Assembly (NCBI RefSeq): GCF_022045235.1
Contig: NW_027266297.1
Span: 19,344,001-19,408,000, forward strand
Reading direction: 5' to 3'
Origin: Haliotis cracherodii
Taxonomy: Eukaryota
DNA length: 64,000 bases
Of this stretch, positions 1 to 11,951 are shown piece by piece; positions within the stretch are counted from its first letter, which is position 1, and the number at the start of each line of letters is the position of its first letter. The position numbers and the translations under genes are program-made. The notes beneath the pieces are model-generated. The model was not told the DNA's origin and ran no database searches. It was given only the letters and a program-made list of their open reading frames with translations.

Positions 1-1960
1 TAGGTAGGGTGGGTGGATGTACATGGAGTTTGGTGGGAGGATTGGTAGCTGGGTGGGTAGATAGGTAGGGTTGGTGGGTGTACAGGGAGTTTGGTGGGAG
101 GATTGGTAGCTGGGTGGGTAGATAGGTAGGGTGGGTGGATGTACATGGAGTTTGGTGGGAGGATTGGTAGCTGGGTGGGTAGATAGGTAGGGTTGGTGGG
201 TGTACAGGGAGTTTGGTGGGAGGATTGGTAGCTGGGTGGGTAGATAGGTAGGGTGGGTGGATGTACATGGAGTTTGGTGGGAGGATTGGTAGCTGGGTGG
301 GTAGATAGGTAGGGTTGGTGGGTGTACAGGGAGTTTGGTGGGAGAATTGGTAGCTGGGTGGGTAGATAGGTAGGGTGGGTGGGTGTACAGGGAGTTTGGT
401 GGGAGAATTGGTAGCTGGGTGGGTAGATAGGTAGGGTGGGTGGGTGTACAGGGAGTTTGGTGGGAGGATTGGTAGCTGAGTGGGTAGATAGGTAGGGTGG
501 GTGGATGTACAGGGGGTTTGGTGGGAGGATTGGTAGCTGGGTGGGTAGATAGGTAGGGTGGGTGGGTGTACAGGGAGTTTGGTGGGAGAATTGGTAGCTG
601 GGTGGGTAGATAGGTAGGGTTGGTGGGTGTACAGGGAGTTTGGTGGGAGAATTGGTAGCTGGGTGCGTATATAGGTAAGGTGGGTGGGTGTACAGGGAGT
701 TTGGTGGGAGAATTGGTAGCTGGGTGGGTAGATAGGTAGGGTGGGTGGATGTACATGGAGTTTGGTGGGAGGATTGGTAGCTGGGTGGGTAGATAGGTAG
801 GGTGGGTGGGTGTACAGGGAGTTTGGTGGGAGAATTGGTAGCTGGGTGGGTAGATAGGTAGGGTGGGTGGGTGTACAGGGAGTTTGGTGGGAGAATTGGT
901 AGCTGGGTGGGTAGATAGATAGGGTTGGTGGGTATACAGGGAGTTTGGTGGGAGGATTGGTAGCTGGGTGGGTAGATAGGTAGGGTGGGTGGATATACAG
1001 GGAGTTTGGTGGGAGAATTGGTAGCTGGGTGGGTAGATAGGTAGGGTGGGTGGGTGTACAGGGAGTTTGGTGGGAGAATTGGTAGCTGGGTGGGTAGATA
1101 GGTAGGGTGGGTGGGTGTACAGGGAGTTTGGTGGGAGGATTGGTAGCTGAGTGGGTAGATAGGTAGGGTGGGTGGATGTACAGGGGGTTTGGTGGGAGGA
1201 TTGGTAGCTGGGTGGGTAGATAGGTAGGGTGGGTGGGTGTACAGGGAGTTTGGTGGGAGAATTGGTAGCTGGGTGGGTAGATAGGTAGGGTTGGTGGGTG
1301 TACAGGGAGTTTGGTGGGAGAATTGGTAGCTGGGTGCGTAGATAGGTAAGGTGGGTGGGTGTACAGGGAGTTTGGTGGGAGAATTGGTAGCTGGGTGGGT
1401 AGATAGGGAGGGTGGGTGGATGTACATGGAGTTTGGTGGGAGGATTGGTAGCTGGGTGGGTAGATAGGTAGGGTGGGTGGGTGTACAGGGAGTTTGGTGG
1501 GAGAATTGGTAGCTGGGTGGGTAGATAGATAGGGTTGGTGGGTATACAGGGAGTTTGGTGGGAGGATTGGTAGCTGGGTGGGTAGATAGGTAGGGTGGGT
1601 GGGTGTACAGGGAGTTTGGTGGGAGAATTGGTAGCTGGGTGGGTAGATAGATAGGGTTGGTGGGTGTACAGGGAGTTTGGTGGGAGAATTGGTAGCTGGG
1701 TGGGTAGATAGGTAGGGTTGGTGGGTGTACAGGGAGTTTGGTGGGAGAATTGGTAGCTGGGTGCGTAGATAGGTAAGGTGGGTGGGTGTACAGGGAGTTT
1801 GGTTGGAGGATTGGGAGTTGGGTGGGTAGATAGGTAGGGTGGGTGGGTGGACAGGGAGTTTGGTGGGAGGATTGGTAGCTGGGTTGGTAGATAAATTGGG
1901 TGGGTGGGTGGACAGGGAGTTTGGTGGGAGGATTGGTAGCTGGGTGGGTAGGTAGGTGGA
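1..1960. repeat. G-rich 61-bp minisatellite, about 32 copies, runs off the window start
   Basis: Unit TAGGTAGGGTGGGTGGGTGTACAGGGAGTTTGGTGGGAGGATTGGTAGCTGGGTGGGTAGA recurs at 1, 62, 123 and onward. Confidence 0.97.
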
Positions 1961-2417
1961 TAATTAGGCGAAGGGCGTGTGGTAATCTTCAGGTGTGCAG
2001 GTAAGTAATCTCGATACCACCTTTATCAGCGCGCGATGCCATTAAGTCGGGTCTTGCGACAAACATGGGGAACATATTCTGTCTTAGGATTTCATAATGT
2101 TATGGGAACATGACTGGTTCCAATCATATCGCATCAATTGAAATATCATAGACTCGGCCAAGTGTCTGTTTGTTGCCTAACGCCGCACAGTTGGCAAATG
2201 TCATTAATACAATAGTCATAAATAAAAGTCAAATTGCACAAAGTATTTTTAAAGAAGAAACTATGCATGCGTCACAAGGAATTTTGAAATCATAATACAG
2301 TGCAATACTTTATCCCCTGCTCATCTTAAATACTATTAGTCACACAACATTTATGAACACAACACTATAAAACCTCGACGGGATACGAACCTGGAACCTC
2401 TTGTGTAATCCTTCACG

Positions 2418-2600
2418 GTGTCCCCCGCCGTGATAATGCTGGAATATTGCTAAAAGCGGCGTAAAACCATACTCACTCGCTCACTCACCACACTCTTGGG
2501 ACCTGCATCAATTCGGGCTTTCCTCCCACATTAAGCTGACCCACCGTGATATAACTGGAATACTGTTAAAAGCGGTGTCAAACCCAACTCACTCACACTC
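2418..2600 (+). mobile_element. Adjacent 3' fragments of SINE family A and SINE family B
   Basis: GTCCCCCGCCGTGATAATGCTGGAATATTGCTAAAAGCGGCGTAAAAC..(ACTC)n, then GACCTGCATCAATTCGGGCTTTCCTCCCACATTAAGCTGAC..AAAAGCGGTGTCAAACCC(ACTC)n. Confidence 0.8.
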
Positions 2601-3304
2601 ATTCCGGCAAGGCCTACTTGGAGTGCACGAGTGAGTGCACACATGTGCACCATCATTTCTATTTTAGACAATGAAACTGATGACCTAGATTCAGATATAA
2701 CCTACTTTCTCATTCACATTATCAGAGATAGCAAACATTTTGACTTGACAGGTAATATCTGAACAAATCATAAAATAATATCAATGCCTCCTCTTGACGA
2801 CATGACACTATCAATGAACACAGGCCGGGTGTGAAAGTGAGGAATGTACTGCCTCATAAATCAAAGTATTAACCATTCTCCGTCAGGCATCAATGTACAC
2901 CTTGGATATATCACTGAGATTGACATCCATTGTGACAGCTGAACATTTATGGATATATACAATGTATCTGATAGTGTAAAGATACAAATTGAAACCAGCG
3001 AAAGTCCCCTTTATCGGATGTTATGTGTCAATATGTTCAAATGAAGCGCAATGGCACAGATACAATAATGTTGCGGTATGAATATGTATTTACATCCCAG
3101 TATCATTGGGAAGAAATGTGTTCCCAAAAACGAGTCGTATTCGCCGTATTCGACGCCAATATATATACATGTAAGAATAAAACCGTTCACGGGGTGGGTG
3201 TCGACTAAAGCATATGTATTTATTTTACTTAAATATTAAGCTTCTGAAACATTCTACAGCAAAAAATGTACGCCGAATTGAAATCTTTACCTGTAAGCCA
3301 TAAC

Positions 3305-3440
3305 GAGTGAGTAAGGTTTTACGCCGCTTTTAGCAATATTTCAGCAATGGGCTTCACACATTGTACCCATGTCGGGAATCGAACTCGGGTGTTCGGCGTG
3401 ACAAGCGAACGCGTTAACCAGTAGGCTACCCGACCGCCAC
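3305..3440 (-). mobile_element. tRNA-derived SINE family A, internally deleted
   Basis: Reverse complement of the family A head and tail; flanked by direct repeat CCATAACGAG (3298-3307 and 3444-3453). Confidence 0.85.
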
Positions 3441-3454
3441 TATCCATAACGAGC

Positions 3455-3616
3455 TGTGGGGTAGGCTAGTGGTTGATTAAAGCGTTCGCTCGTCACGCGT
3501 AAGACCAGATTCAATTCTCCACATGGGTATGATGTGTGAACCCGATTTCCACTGTCCTCCGCCGTGATGTTGCTGGAATATTGCCAAAAATGACGTAAAA
3601 CCGTACTCACTCACTC
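3455..3616 (+). mobile_element. SINE family A, diverged, head-to-head with the previous copy
   Basis: GGGGTAGGCTAGTGGTT..AAAGCGTTCGCTCGTCACGC..GCTGGAATATTGCC..CGTAAAACCGTACTCACTCACTC. Confidence 0.8.
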
Positions 3617-4184
3617 TTACCCTAAAAGCGTACTCGTGAAATTGTTTTCAAAAAATGTTTTGGACGGAGAAGCAGAAGTCGTATATGGTGAAGGTCAGAA
3701 AAGGATTTAACTGTTAACATTATTCAGAGAACACTAAACAGTGTTTGATCGACAGTACAATATTAGAGCAAGGGCTAGGCAGGACACTGCGTGTATTGCT
3801 TACGACTGGATATACTCGAGCCCAGCAGTTCTCAGTCGTTCCCCGCTATGGGTCTTTTGTGTTTTTGTGTATATTTTCTGTTGACAGTCTTTATAGACTG
3901 CAGGCTGTCTATTTTTACTTTTAAATTAACATAATACCAAGGCTAAATGTACTAAGCAACACTTGTTCTGGTGAGAGGTCATTTTAACTGAAGTCGACAT
4001 TTTGAGTGTCGTTAAAAGGAAGCAGTGCTAATTCTTATCATGCTGTTTAGTCAAGCGGACCAGTGAACTGGCAAATGAGAACGTCAAAAATAAGTTTCTT
4101 TAGTTTTTATGTTTAACCCACGAATTGTTTATTGTCCTCTTAGCATCTATTTTTTGCAATGCAAATCCACATACTGTCATACCG

Positions 4185-4425
4185 ACGCAGTAGTGTAGGT
4201 CACCGTAATTCGCTGTGCAGAGTTGCGTCCCCTTGCAAGACACTAACGATCATGGGTTGGAATCCCAGTTCGCCCTGATTTTGTTTCTAGGTTTATCAGA
4301 ATCCTAACTCGTTGGTGGGTTTCACTAAAGTCTAAGACTTCGTTCATTGCTCCTACGTCAAACTGGCACGCCGTCATATAACTATAATACTGTTCTTAGC
4401 GGCGTTAAAGCCAAGCTCACCACCT
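4185..4425 (+). mobile_element. Diverged SINE family B
   Basis: TTCGCTGTGCAGAGTTGCGTCCCCTTG..GGGTTGGAATCCC..TTTCTAGGTTT..AGCGGCGTTAAA. Confidence 0.7.
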
Positions 4426-4546
4426 CACTGTCTGACAACTGGATGTCTGCCAATTGGCAGGGAGGGGACTCGAACCTCCCACCACAGAAACATAACGTCT
4501 GTTTCCTGTGATATATGTTCATCAAGGATAGGTATTGGACGTTTAG

Positions 4547-4765
4547 GTCCACCTCCGTGGTCTGTCCGAGAGCGGAAGGTCGAGTGTTGATACCTGGGTG
4601 CGTCATACAAAAGAAACGCCAAAAGATTGTATTGGGTGTTACCCTGCCTGGCGCTCGACATTAAGAGGCAAAAACAAGCACTGGTCGGCTCGGTGTCAGT
4701 ATACTGTGTCCGAGTGGGGTATTCATGTTACACTGCGGCATGGTATCTCAGTGATCATGCGCTAT

Positions 4766-4836
<71 letters not shown>

Positions 4837-4895
4837 GGCATGAATTTATATAACTAAAATATTATTCACAGCGTCGTAAAACACAACTTACTCAC
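4547..4895 (+). mobile_element. tRNA-derived SINE family D with an internal (CA)n microsatellite at 4769-4834
   Basis: CCACCTCCGTGGTCT head; body TTACCCTGCCTGGCGCTCGACATTAAG..CTGGTCGGCTCGGTGTCAGTATACTG is shared with the copies near 14.7-15.0 kb and at 40021-40326. Confidence 0.75.
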
Positions 4896-6447
4896 TGACA
4901 AGGTTAACTGACAAAGCAAAATTTGGGAATAAGGACATTCGTATACTGAACATTTATTCTTAATATAGTTTCATGTCCAAAAAAAATAATATCTAATAAA
5001 CTAAGCTGCCACCGTATCCTACTTATGTCTATATCAGACCTGAATTATTAAACGTGTGAAGTATTATTGAACATTGTAGTCTACACTTGTACAAATGTCA
5101 GCGTAAGCATGCACGGCGCCATATATGTGCAATAATCTTCAACCCGACGTAAACCCCATTTCACCTCACACATCTTAGACGTTTGCCGCCTTCATGAAAC
5201 CCACGAGCCTGGTGAACAAGAGGGCAACTAGCGCTGTCATCAATCAGACCTACATGGGACTGTCAACTTCAGCTTCTCCGCCTTAGCCAGAACAAGATAA
5301 TATTTCACACACAGAAATTATTGTGACAGAAGGGAGGCCACATTCAATGACATTCTGCAAGAATTCTGCAGACAATGCGGTCGATGGTCACAAACGGAGA
5401 CTATGACTATAACTGAATAAAAATATTATTTTTTATTATCATGGAATGTATGTTCTTCAGTTTAATGTTTAATGTAATCAGTGAGAAACAATTACCATCG
5501 ATTGGTGTAGGTATTCAGAAAACTGAAGATAGAGTTTTGAAAATCGAAATTTAAAAGCCCGCAATTTATGCATCATTCGCATGTATATTAAGGTAACGTC
5601 CCTCTACAGATGATTTTGCACAGCAATGCAACATAGCTAAGTTCACACGAGTGATCTCCCTTGAACCGCACTGGCAATGATCATTTTCCCGGTTGAGTAA
5701 ACTACTTTTAATCAATCTTAATTATTGCATTTTTTAAAAATTAAAATGATTATACCCAACTTGATTTAGTTTAAGTTGATGACATTCGTGTTAGTAACAA
5801 GGGTAGGTGTTATGTAAGCACAGGCTATACCCAAGCCTATTTAAGCAGAGTAGGTCGTCAAGACCATATTCTTACTGTAATGGCCTAAAATAAGGATGAA
5901 TGTTACAATGAGTCACATGTGATTGTGTGTCGTCACAACCCAGTCGTTGATCATGCTATCAATCATCGGATTATCTGACTCAAAAGTTTTACATAACGCG
6001 TGTTATAACTTTAATGTTGCTAAAGGAGTAAAGCATCATTTCCTGAAACAGCCTTAATCATCCATTACTGTCACGACTGAAGAGTACGTACACCTGCTGA
6101 CTGGGAACGTTATAGTCACTGGGACACTATGACATGATGTGCATGGACAGAGTGGACTCAGGTGTGTAAATCAGGTCACTCTCTTACAGAGAGCATCTTG
6201 TTATTTTGTTGAATATCATTCATCAGTCGAAAACGGTTGAAATAATCATACGGTTACTTCCTCAGAACATTACTGGATACCCTATTCACCACCGCCGATA
6301 ACGACGTTATTATTTCCAGCGATGTCAAAATGACTCTTCAAACGTTAAGAATCAGCTGTCATATATATACATTTCGTGTATAACATGTGTTTGCGAGGTT
6401 AATCGGGTTCAAAGATCCTTGTCCGGGTATGTAGCGTTCTTTGTACC

Positions 6448-7455
6448 CGTAAGGGCTCTGGGTAGGTCCACACTACTCCATGCCTGTCCCTGTAAGGGCT
6501 CGTGGTAGGTCCACACTACCCCATGCTCGTCTCTGTAAGGGTTCTGGGTAGGTCCACACTACCCCATGTCTGTCTATGTAAGGGCTCTGGGTAGATCCAC
6601 ACTACTCCATGCTTGTCTCCGTAAGGGCTCTGGGTAGGTCCACACTACCCCATGCTCGTCTCTGTAAGGGTTCTGGGTAGGTCTACACTACCCATGCCTG
6701 TCTATGTAAGGGCTCTGGGTAGGTCCACACTACTCCATGCTTGTCCCTGTAAGGGCTCTGGGTAGGTCTACACTACCCCATGTCTGTCTATGTAAGGGAT
6801 CTGGGTAGGTCCACACTACCCCATGCCTGTCTATGTAAGGGCTCTGGGGTAGGTCCACACTACCCCATGTCTGTCTATGTAAGGGTTCTGGGTTGGTCCA
6901 CACTTCTCCATGCCTGTCTATGTAAGGGCTCGTGGTAGGTCCACACTACCCCATGCCTGTCTATGTAAGGGCTCTGGGTTGGTCCACACTTCTCCATGCC
7001 TGTCTATGTAAGGGCTCGTGGTAGGTCCACACTACCCCATGCCTGTCTATGTAAGGGCTCTGGGTAGGTCCATCCTACCCCATGCCTGTCTATGTAAGGG
7101 CTCTGGGTAGGTCCACACTACCCCATGCCTGTCCCTGTAAGGGCTCTGGGTAGGTTCACACTCCTCAATGCCTGTCTCTGTAAGGGCTCTGGGTAGGTCC
7201 ATCCTACCCCATGGCTGTCTCTGTAAGGGCTGTGGGTAGGTCCACACTCCTCTGTGCCTGTCTCTGTAAGGGCTCTTGGTAGGTCCATCCCACCCCATGG
7301 CTGTCTCTGTAGCACTGTGGGTAGGTCCACACTTCTCCATGTCTGCCCCTGTAAGAGCTCTGGGTAGGTCCACACTCCACCATGCCTGTCTCCGTAAGGG
7401 CTCTGGGTAGGTCCATACTCCTCCATGCCTGTCTCCGTAAGGGTTCTGGGTCCAC
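6448..7455. repeat. 43-bp minisatellite, about 23 copies
   Basis: Unit GTAAGGGCTCTGGGTAGGTCCACACTACCCCATGCCTGTCTAT; it explains the repetitive minus-strand ORFs at 7047-7471. Confidence 0.95.
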
Positions 7456-9316
7456 CCAAACCCATGTTCATATCCTTGTGATGATTGTCATGTTTGTGTC
7501 AACGTAGGCTTCAGGGAATAAACAAATCCCCACCCAGTGTATGTCACTGATATAGTTCAAGGATATGAAGAGCTCCCTGTATACTTGTATCTCCGTAATG
7601 GTGGTAGAACAGCACGCCATTCTGCTCTCTTCGGGGGTGCTGAAGCGAAGAACAGGTTCGTCGATCCATTCGATGGATCAAAGCCAACTAAAATAACGAC
7701 AAGGTGGTTACAGTTTGTGTGATTGTTCTCAACGACGTTGATCGTTCCTCATGCCACCAGCCATGGAGGCCGCTGTGACACAGCACCAATAGTGTTGAGG
7801 CCTGAGAAAAAAACAGCAGTCACACACAGTCGCTTACAGCTAATATTTTCCTTACGTGGACTCCCGTAGAATATATACAGCATCTAGTCAGCTTTAGATC
7901 TGTTAAATAAGGCTCATTGATGACTTAAATTCATCGTCGAACAATGGCAGCAGAAACAGCCTCCTCCATTAAGGTTGAGCAAGTACATCGTTCCATGCAA
8001 CTCACACAGCCTTATGTCCTGCATTATCCTACCACCTGCAGTGTCAACAGAGGTCGTCACAATCGGCACAAATGACGTTTCCGTGCGCGCCGTTACTTAA
8101 ACAAATTAAAGTATCAGGAATTCCACATGAAATTTTTCAACAATTAATGTTGAACAATTTCCATGTAACCAGTCCCAACATCGTGGAGTCTTGCAGATGA
8201 AAGCTGTATAAATATTTGAAAAAGGACAACTTTTAAAAAATTATTTACATTACACCGAGCCATAGGGATATTCAGTTTGCGTTTTTCACGTGATATTGTC
8301 TAGCAACATAAACGAGTGAACAAAACCCCATGCCCATCTCCTCAACATCACGTTTCGACGCCCATTTCAATGGCAGCGTGTTCATCGTCCGCTACACGAT
8401 TTGGATTTGATTTAAAATGACGCCAATATTTATGTCACAAGAAGATACAACACGGCCATCTTAATGGCTGCTCAAAATACATGTGCTGAAAGGAATATTT
8501 TCTTTTCGTCACCATCTCATTGAGCATGTTCGGGTTGGTTGAAAATCTGTACATGATAAACAGCCGCTAACCAGAGCGTGACAGGGAGCAGAGGTGTGCA
8601 AGGGGCATTATTATCCCGTCAAACACCCAGGTCACGAGGGAGACAGTCTCGTCTCTGTATCCACGAAGAAGATCCGTGGCTCATCTCAAACAAGGCAATG
8701 TCAAGACAATGTCTGATTACCTCCCTTTGTTGGTGATTGACAAGTGCTGTTGTCGCTCAGATGGGACTGTGGTGTACCGAGGTAAGACAATGAAATGTAC
8801 AGCGGGTGTTTGAAGGCGTGAATGAGGAATGTTAACGACGATGTCATGTGTCCCAGGCATCTGTTAAAAGACATAGCAGGCTGTCACACATCAACGCGTA
8901 CGGAATCGGCTTCTGTATCTTAACTTCATGGCCGTTTGATAGATTACTGTGTAGTGTGTTACGACTGCTTTGACAAATTTAACTGTGCACAGTTTGAAGC
9001 GATTTCTGTAATATGAAAGCGTCACGGTTGGGTAAATTCAAAACAAAACTCGAACCGTACCTTAAAGTTGGTCCTATCTCGTTTTCCTGTCGCGTGAACA
9101 TTATTGACTGAAAGCGTTTTGTCATCCAATTACATGCATTCGATTACTGAAGGAACGCTGATCTATTAATTATTACATGAAATAGATTATTCTTGTGTAT
9201 ACTCTTTTCTCGTAAACAAATAAATAGATTTTTAGTCTTTACTATTAATTAGTTATACCTTTTAGAGCGACAGCTTAATGAAGTAACACTTGTAGCAGTA
9301 TCACCGAACCTATAAT

Positions 9317-9510
9317 TATATAGAAGAAAGACAAGTTCTATGGATGAACAACTTCTTTATTACAATTAGTGCGACGTTTCGGTGTAGATCCTAATACCTT
9401 TATCAAGCAAGTGATGGATAGTGCTGAACAACATATAGGTATATATCCATAGAACTTGTCTTTCTTCATCACACCAACTTCTAAATGCCACTGAAAGAAG
9501 TTATAATTAC
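9317..9510 (-). mobile_element. Probable Penelope-like element terminal remnant with an inverted repeat
   Basis: 21-bp inverted repeat AGAAAGACAAGTTCTATGGAT / ATCCATAGAACTTGTCTTTCT. The minus strand reads CTTGATAAAGG-hairpin-CCGAAACGTCG..AATAAA, like the degenerate hammerhead plus polyA signal of Penelope pseudo-LTRs. Confidence 0.45.
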
Positions 9511-9545
9511 ATACACTCGTCTGTTATTTGATTACCTGAAAAGAG

Positions 9546-9777
9546 ACCCGTGAAGATCCGGGGTAGAATAGGTCTTCAGCAACCAATGCTTGCCGTAAAA
9601 GGTGACTATGCTTGTCGTTAAAGGCGACTAACGGGATCGGGTGGTCAGGCTCGCTGACTTGTTTGATGCATGTCATCGATCCCAATTGCGTGGATCGATG
9701 CTCATGATTGTCTGGTCCCGTCATATAGCTGGAATATTGCTGAGTGCGGCGTAAAACAACAAACCAACAACAACAAC
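9546..9777 (+). mobile_element. SINE-like family C with a non-tRNA head
   Basis: CCCGTGAAGATCCGGGGTAGAATAGGTCTTCAGC..GGCGACTAACGGGATCGGGTGGTCAGG..GCTGGAATATTGCTGAGTGCGGCGTAAAACAACAA; other copies at 10224, 32435 (-) and 60752 (-). Confidence 0.85.
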
Positions 9778-10223
9778 CTGAAAAGAAAAGTAACTAAGCA
9801 TTGAGGAAATGTTAAAGACCGCACTACGATATATATGAGTAAAACTAAGTTTGCTGACTTTATTATTATGTTAATAATACAGTTTATAATGATAAAACCA
9901 TACATCACTGCATAACATATCGAAGCGTGTGAGGTGATATGTTATAACGTCAGCAATATATCTGCAATACCAGTTTACAGTAAAAACAGGTATGGCACAC
10001 TGTGGCCAAGAGGATTTTCGAACCCTGGCCTTGAAGTGTGAGGAGCGAACACTGTAATCACCCAGTATGTTCCTTCACCAACCTGGTTTTCTGGCTGTCC
10101 AGTAGTGTGTGTCATGTGTGTGTCATGTCAGTCCATGTTAGAACACTTCTTTAAATACATCTACAATGTCATTTCACGTGATGATACGGCGTAAAACAAT
10201 AATTACTCAATCATATTGAGTGT

Positions 10224-10450
10224 AAGATCCGGGTTGGAATTTGCCTCCAGCAGCCCATGAAGGACTTCGTAAGAGCCGACTAACGGGATCGGGTGGTCAG
10301 GCTCACTGACTTGGTTGATGCATGTCATCGCATCCCAATTGCGTAGATCGATGTTCATGATGTCAATAACTGGATTGTCTTGTCCAGACTCGATTATTCA
10401 CAGACCGCTGCCATATAGATGGAATATTGCTGAGTTCGGCTTTAAACATA
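10224..10450 (+). mobile_element. SINE-like family C copy just upstream of g1 coding exon 1
   Basis: Collinear with 9546-9777. Confidence 0.85.
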
Positions 10451-10523
10451 CAAACATATCACATCTGTAAAATAGATACTTACCTTTCCAGGAGGTAACC
10501 AGCAGCGAATGATGTAAAACACA

Positions 10524-10941
10524 ATGGAGGAAATCAAACTACCAACCAAAGCTCCAGGGTCTTTGCGAAATAAGACATTAGGGAGACTGACGGGAACAAA
10601 GCAGCCACAGGGTGCAGGTAAGCGCCAGACATGGCACGGCCCAAGGCCACCTACTCCGGCACCAGCTCCAGTCCCGAAGCCCAACCTGACTTGGGAGCCC
10701 GGGATGTTCAACCTGGACTACATCATCAGGAACCTGTACCTGCCCCGTGTGGTGATTTGCGACCACAGTTTCTGTGACCTGGGAAGGGGGACCATGGGGT
10801 TCGACTGTGGGCAGCTGCTGATGCTGCAGAGTAAGAAGGATGGGTTGAAGGTGGCTGCCAGTAGTTTGGCCGTGGACTCTCGCGATGGGAAGACCCTGCT
10901 GGAAACGGAGAACAGCCTGCTTATTCCCGAGGATTACAAAG
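10524..10941 (+). CDS. g1 coding exon 1: CABIT-domain protein (GAREM/THEMIS/Serrano-like), N-terminal part; spliced product about 829 aa
   Basis: ATG at 10524; LTWEPGMFNLDYIIRNLYLPRVV..LLIPEDYK G|GTCGGT donor, phase 1; homologous to exon 1 of g2-g5; upstream acceptor CCTTTCCAG ends at 10491. Confidence 0.88.
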
Positions 10942-11415
10942 GTCGGTACCTATTGCTAAACCTGAATCTGAATGCATGGTACATGTATTTCTGGTGAATT
11001 GCTGCCCGAGCCTATTTCGAAATATATTATCACATATCATAATATATTATGCTCAGTAAGACGGTAGACGCGTAGCTGTCTAAAAATGATGTCATACCCG
11101 GTAGATAGAATTGAGTAGACAATGTGGGTGTCAAAACTTCGAAACAGGAATTACCCAAACCTCGTTAGACTGGACTCCCGTTATGGAAACACCGCTTTCC
11201 GGGCCACACTCTTTGGAACGTCTTCATATGATATAAACTATAAGGACTTAATTCCGTAACATCATTCGTTTGTCCCAAAATATGTTAACCCAAACCCTTT
11301 CACTGGAAAAAGGCATTGCCCGAGAAATATTCTGGGGATATAGAGGCATGTTTGTTTACGTTGCATTGCATTTAATAATCAATTCCAACCACCCAAAAGT
11401 AGTCAGTCAGTATGT

Positions 11416-11904
11416 TATTATAAGGGTAACGCTATTTTTCAGGGCATTATCATTTGCAGAAATCCGAGGTCTTCCATTGACTGCCCGACGAAGGAGTGCA
11501 GTTTAAAAGACCGAGGGCTTCTGCATATGATAATGCCCTGAAAAATAGCGTTACCGTTATTATAGCTAAAATGGTTGGAATTTGTTATCAAATAAAAAGA
11601 AACAACAATATCGGTTTTGAAGCATTTACTGCATCAACTTTTACAAATATGGAAACGTCATAGAACAAACCAGATGACGTCACTATTGAACGTGACGTCA
11701 CCTATCCCTATCCGATGACGTCACCCAACAACGGGCGTGATAATGGCCCGTCGTCAAGCAATCTGAGGGCATTATCAAGTTACAGTGGCCCGCTCTTTTC
11801 TCATAACATGCGGGCGGTTTAATGATAATTCTATCCATTTTAGTTATAATATCTGATAACATGCGGGCGGTTAAATGATAATTCTATCCATTTTAGCTAT
11901 AATA
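11416..11904. mobile_element. Fold-back or non-autonomous DNA-transposon-like element in the g1 intron
   Basis: About 57-bp inverted arms (11417-11473 vs 11507-11564); a second inverted pair TATTATAGCTAAAATGG / CCATTTTAGCTATAATA; and a roughly 50-bp tandem duplication at 11803-11903. Confidence 0.6.
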
Positions 11905-11951
11905 TATGATATATATCAAAGCTTTCATGTCTTGTTTTTTTTATTCTACAG

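Noticed and set aside
7047-7471. Three overlapping minus-strand ORFs
   Set aside because: Translations of the 43-bp minisatellite.
11906-11951. N-terminal extensions of the long ORFs in the track (11906, 20800, 35229, 45592) as true starts
   Set aside because: These are intronic polypyrimidine/acceptor sequence; homology begins at G-W-F after the AG.
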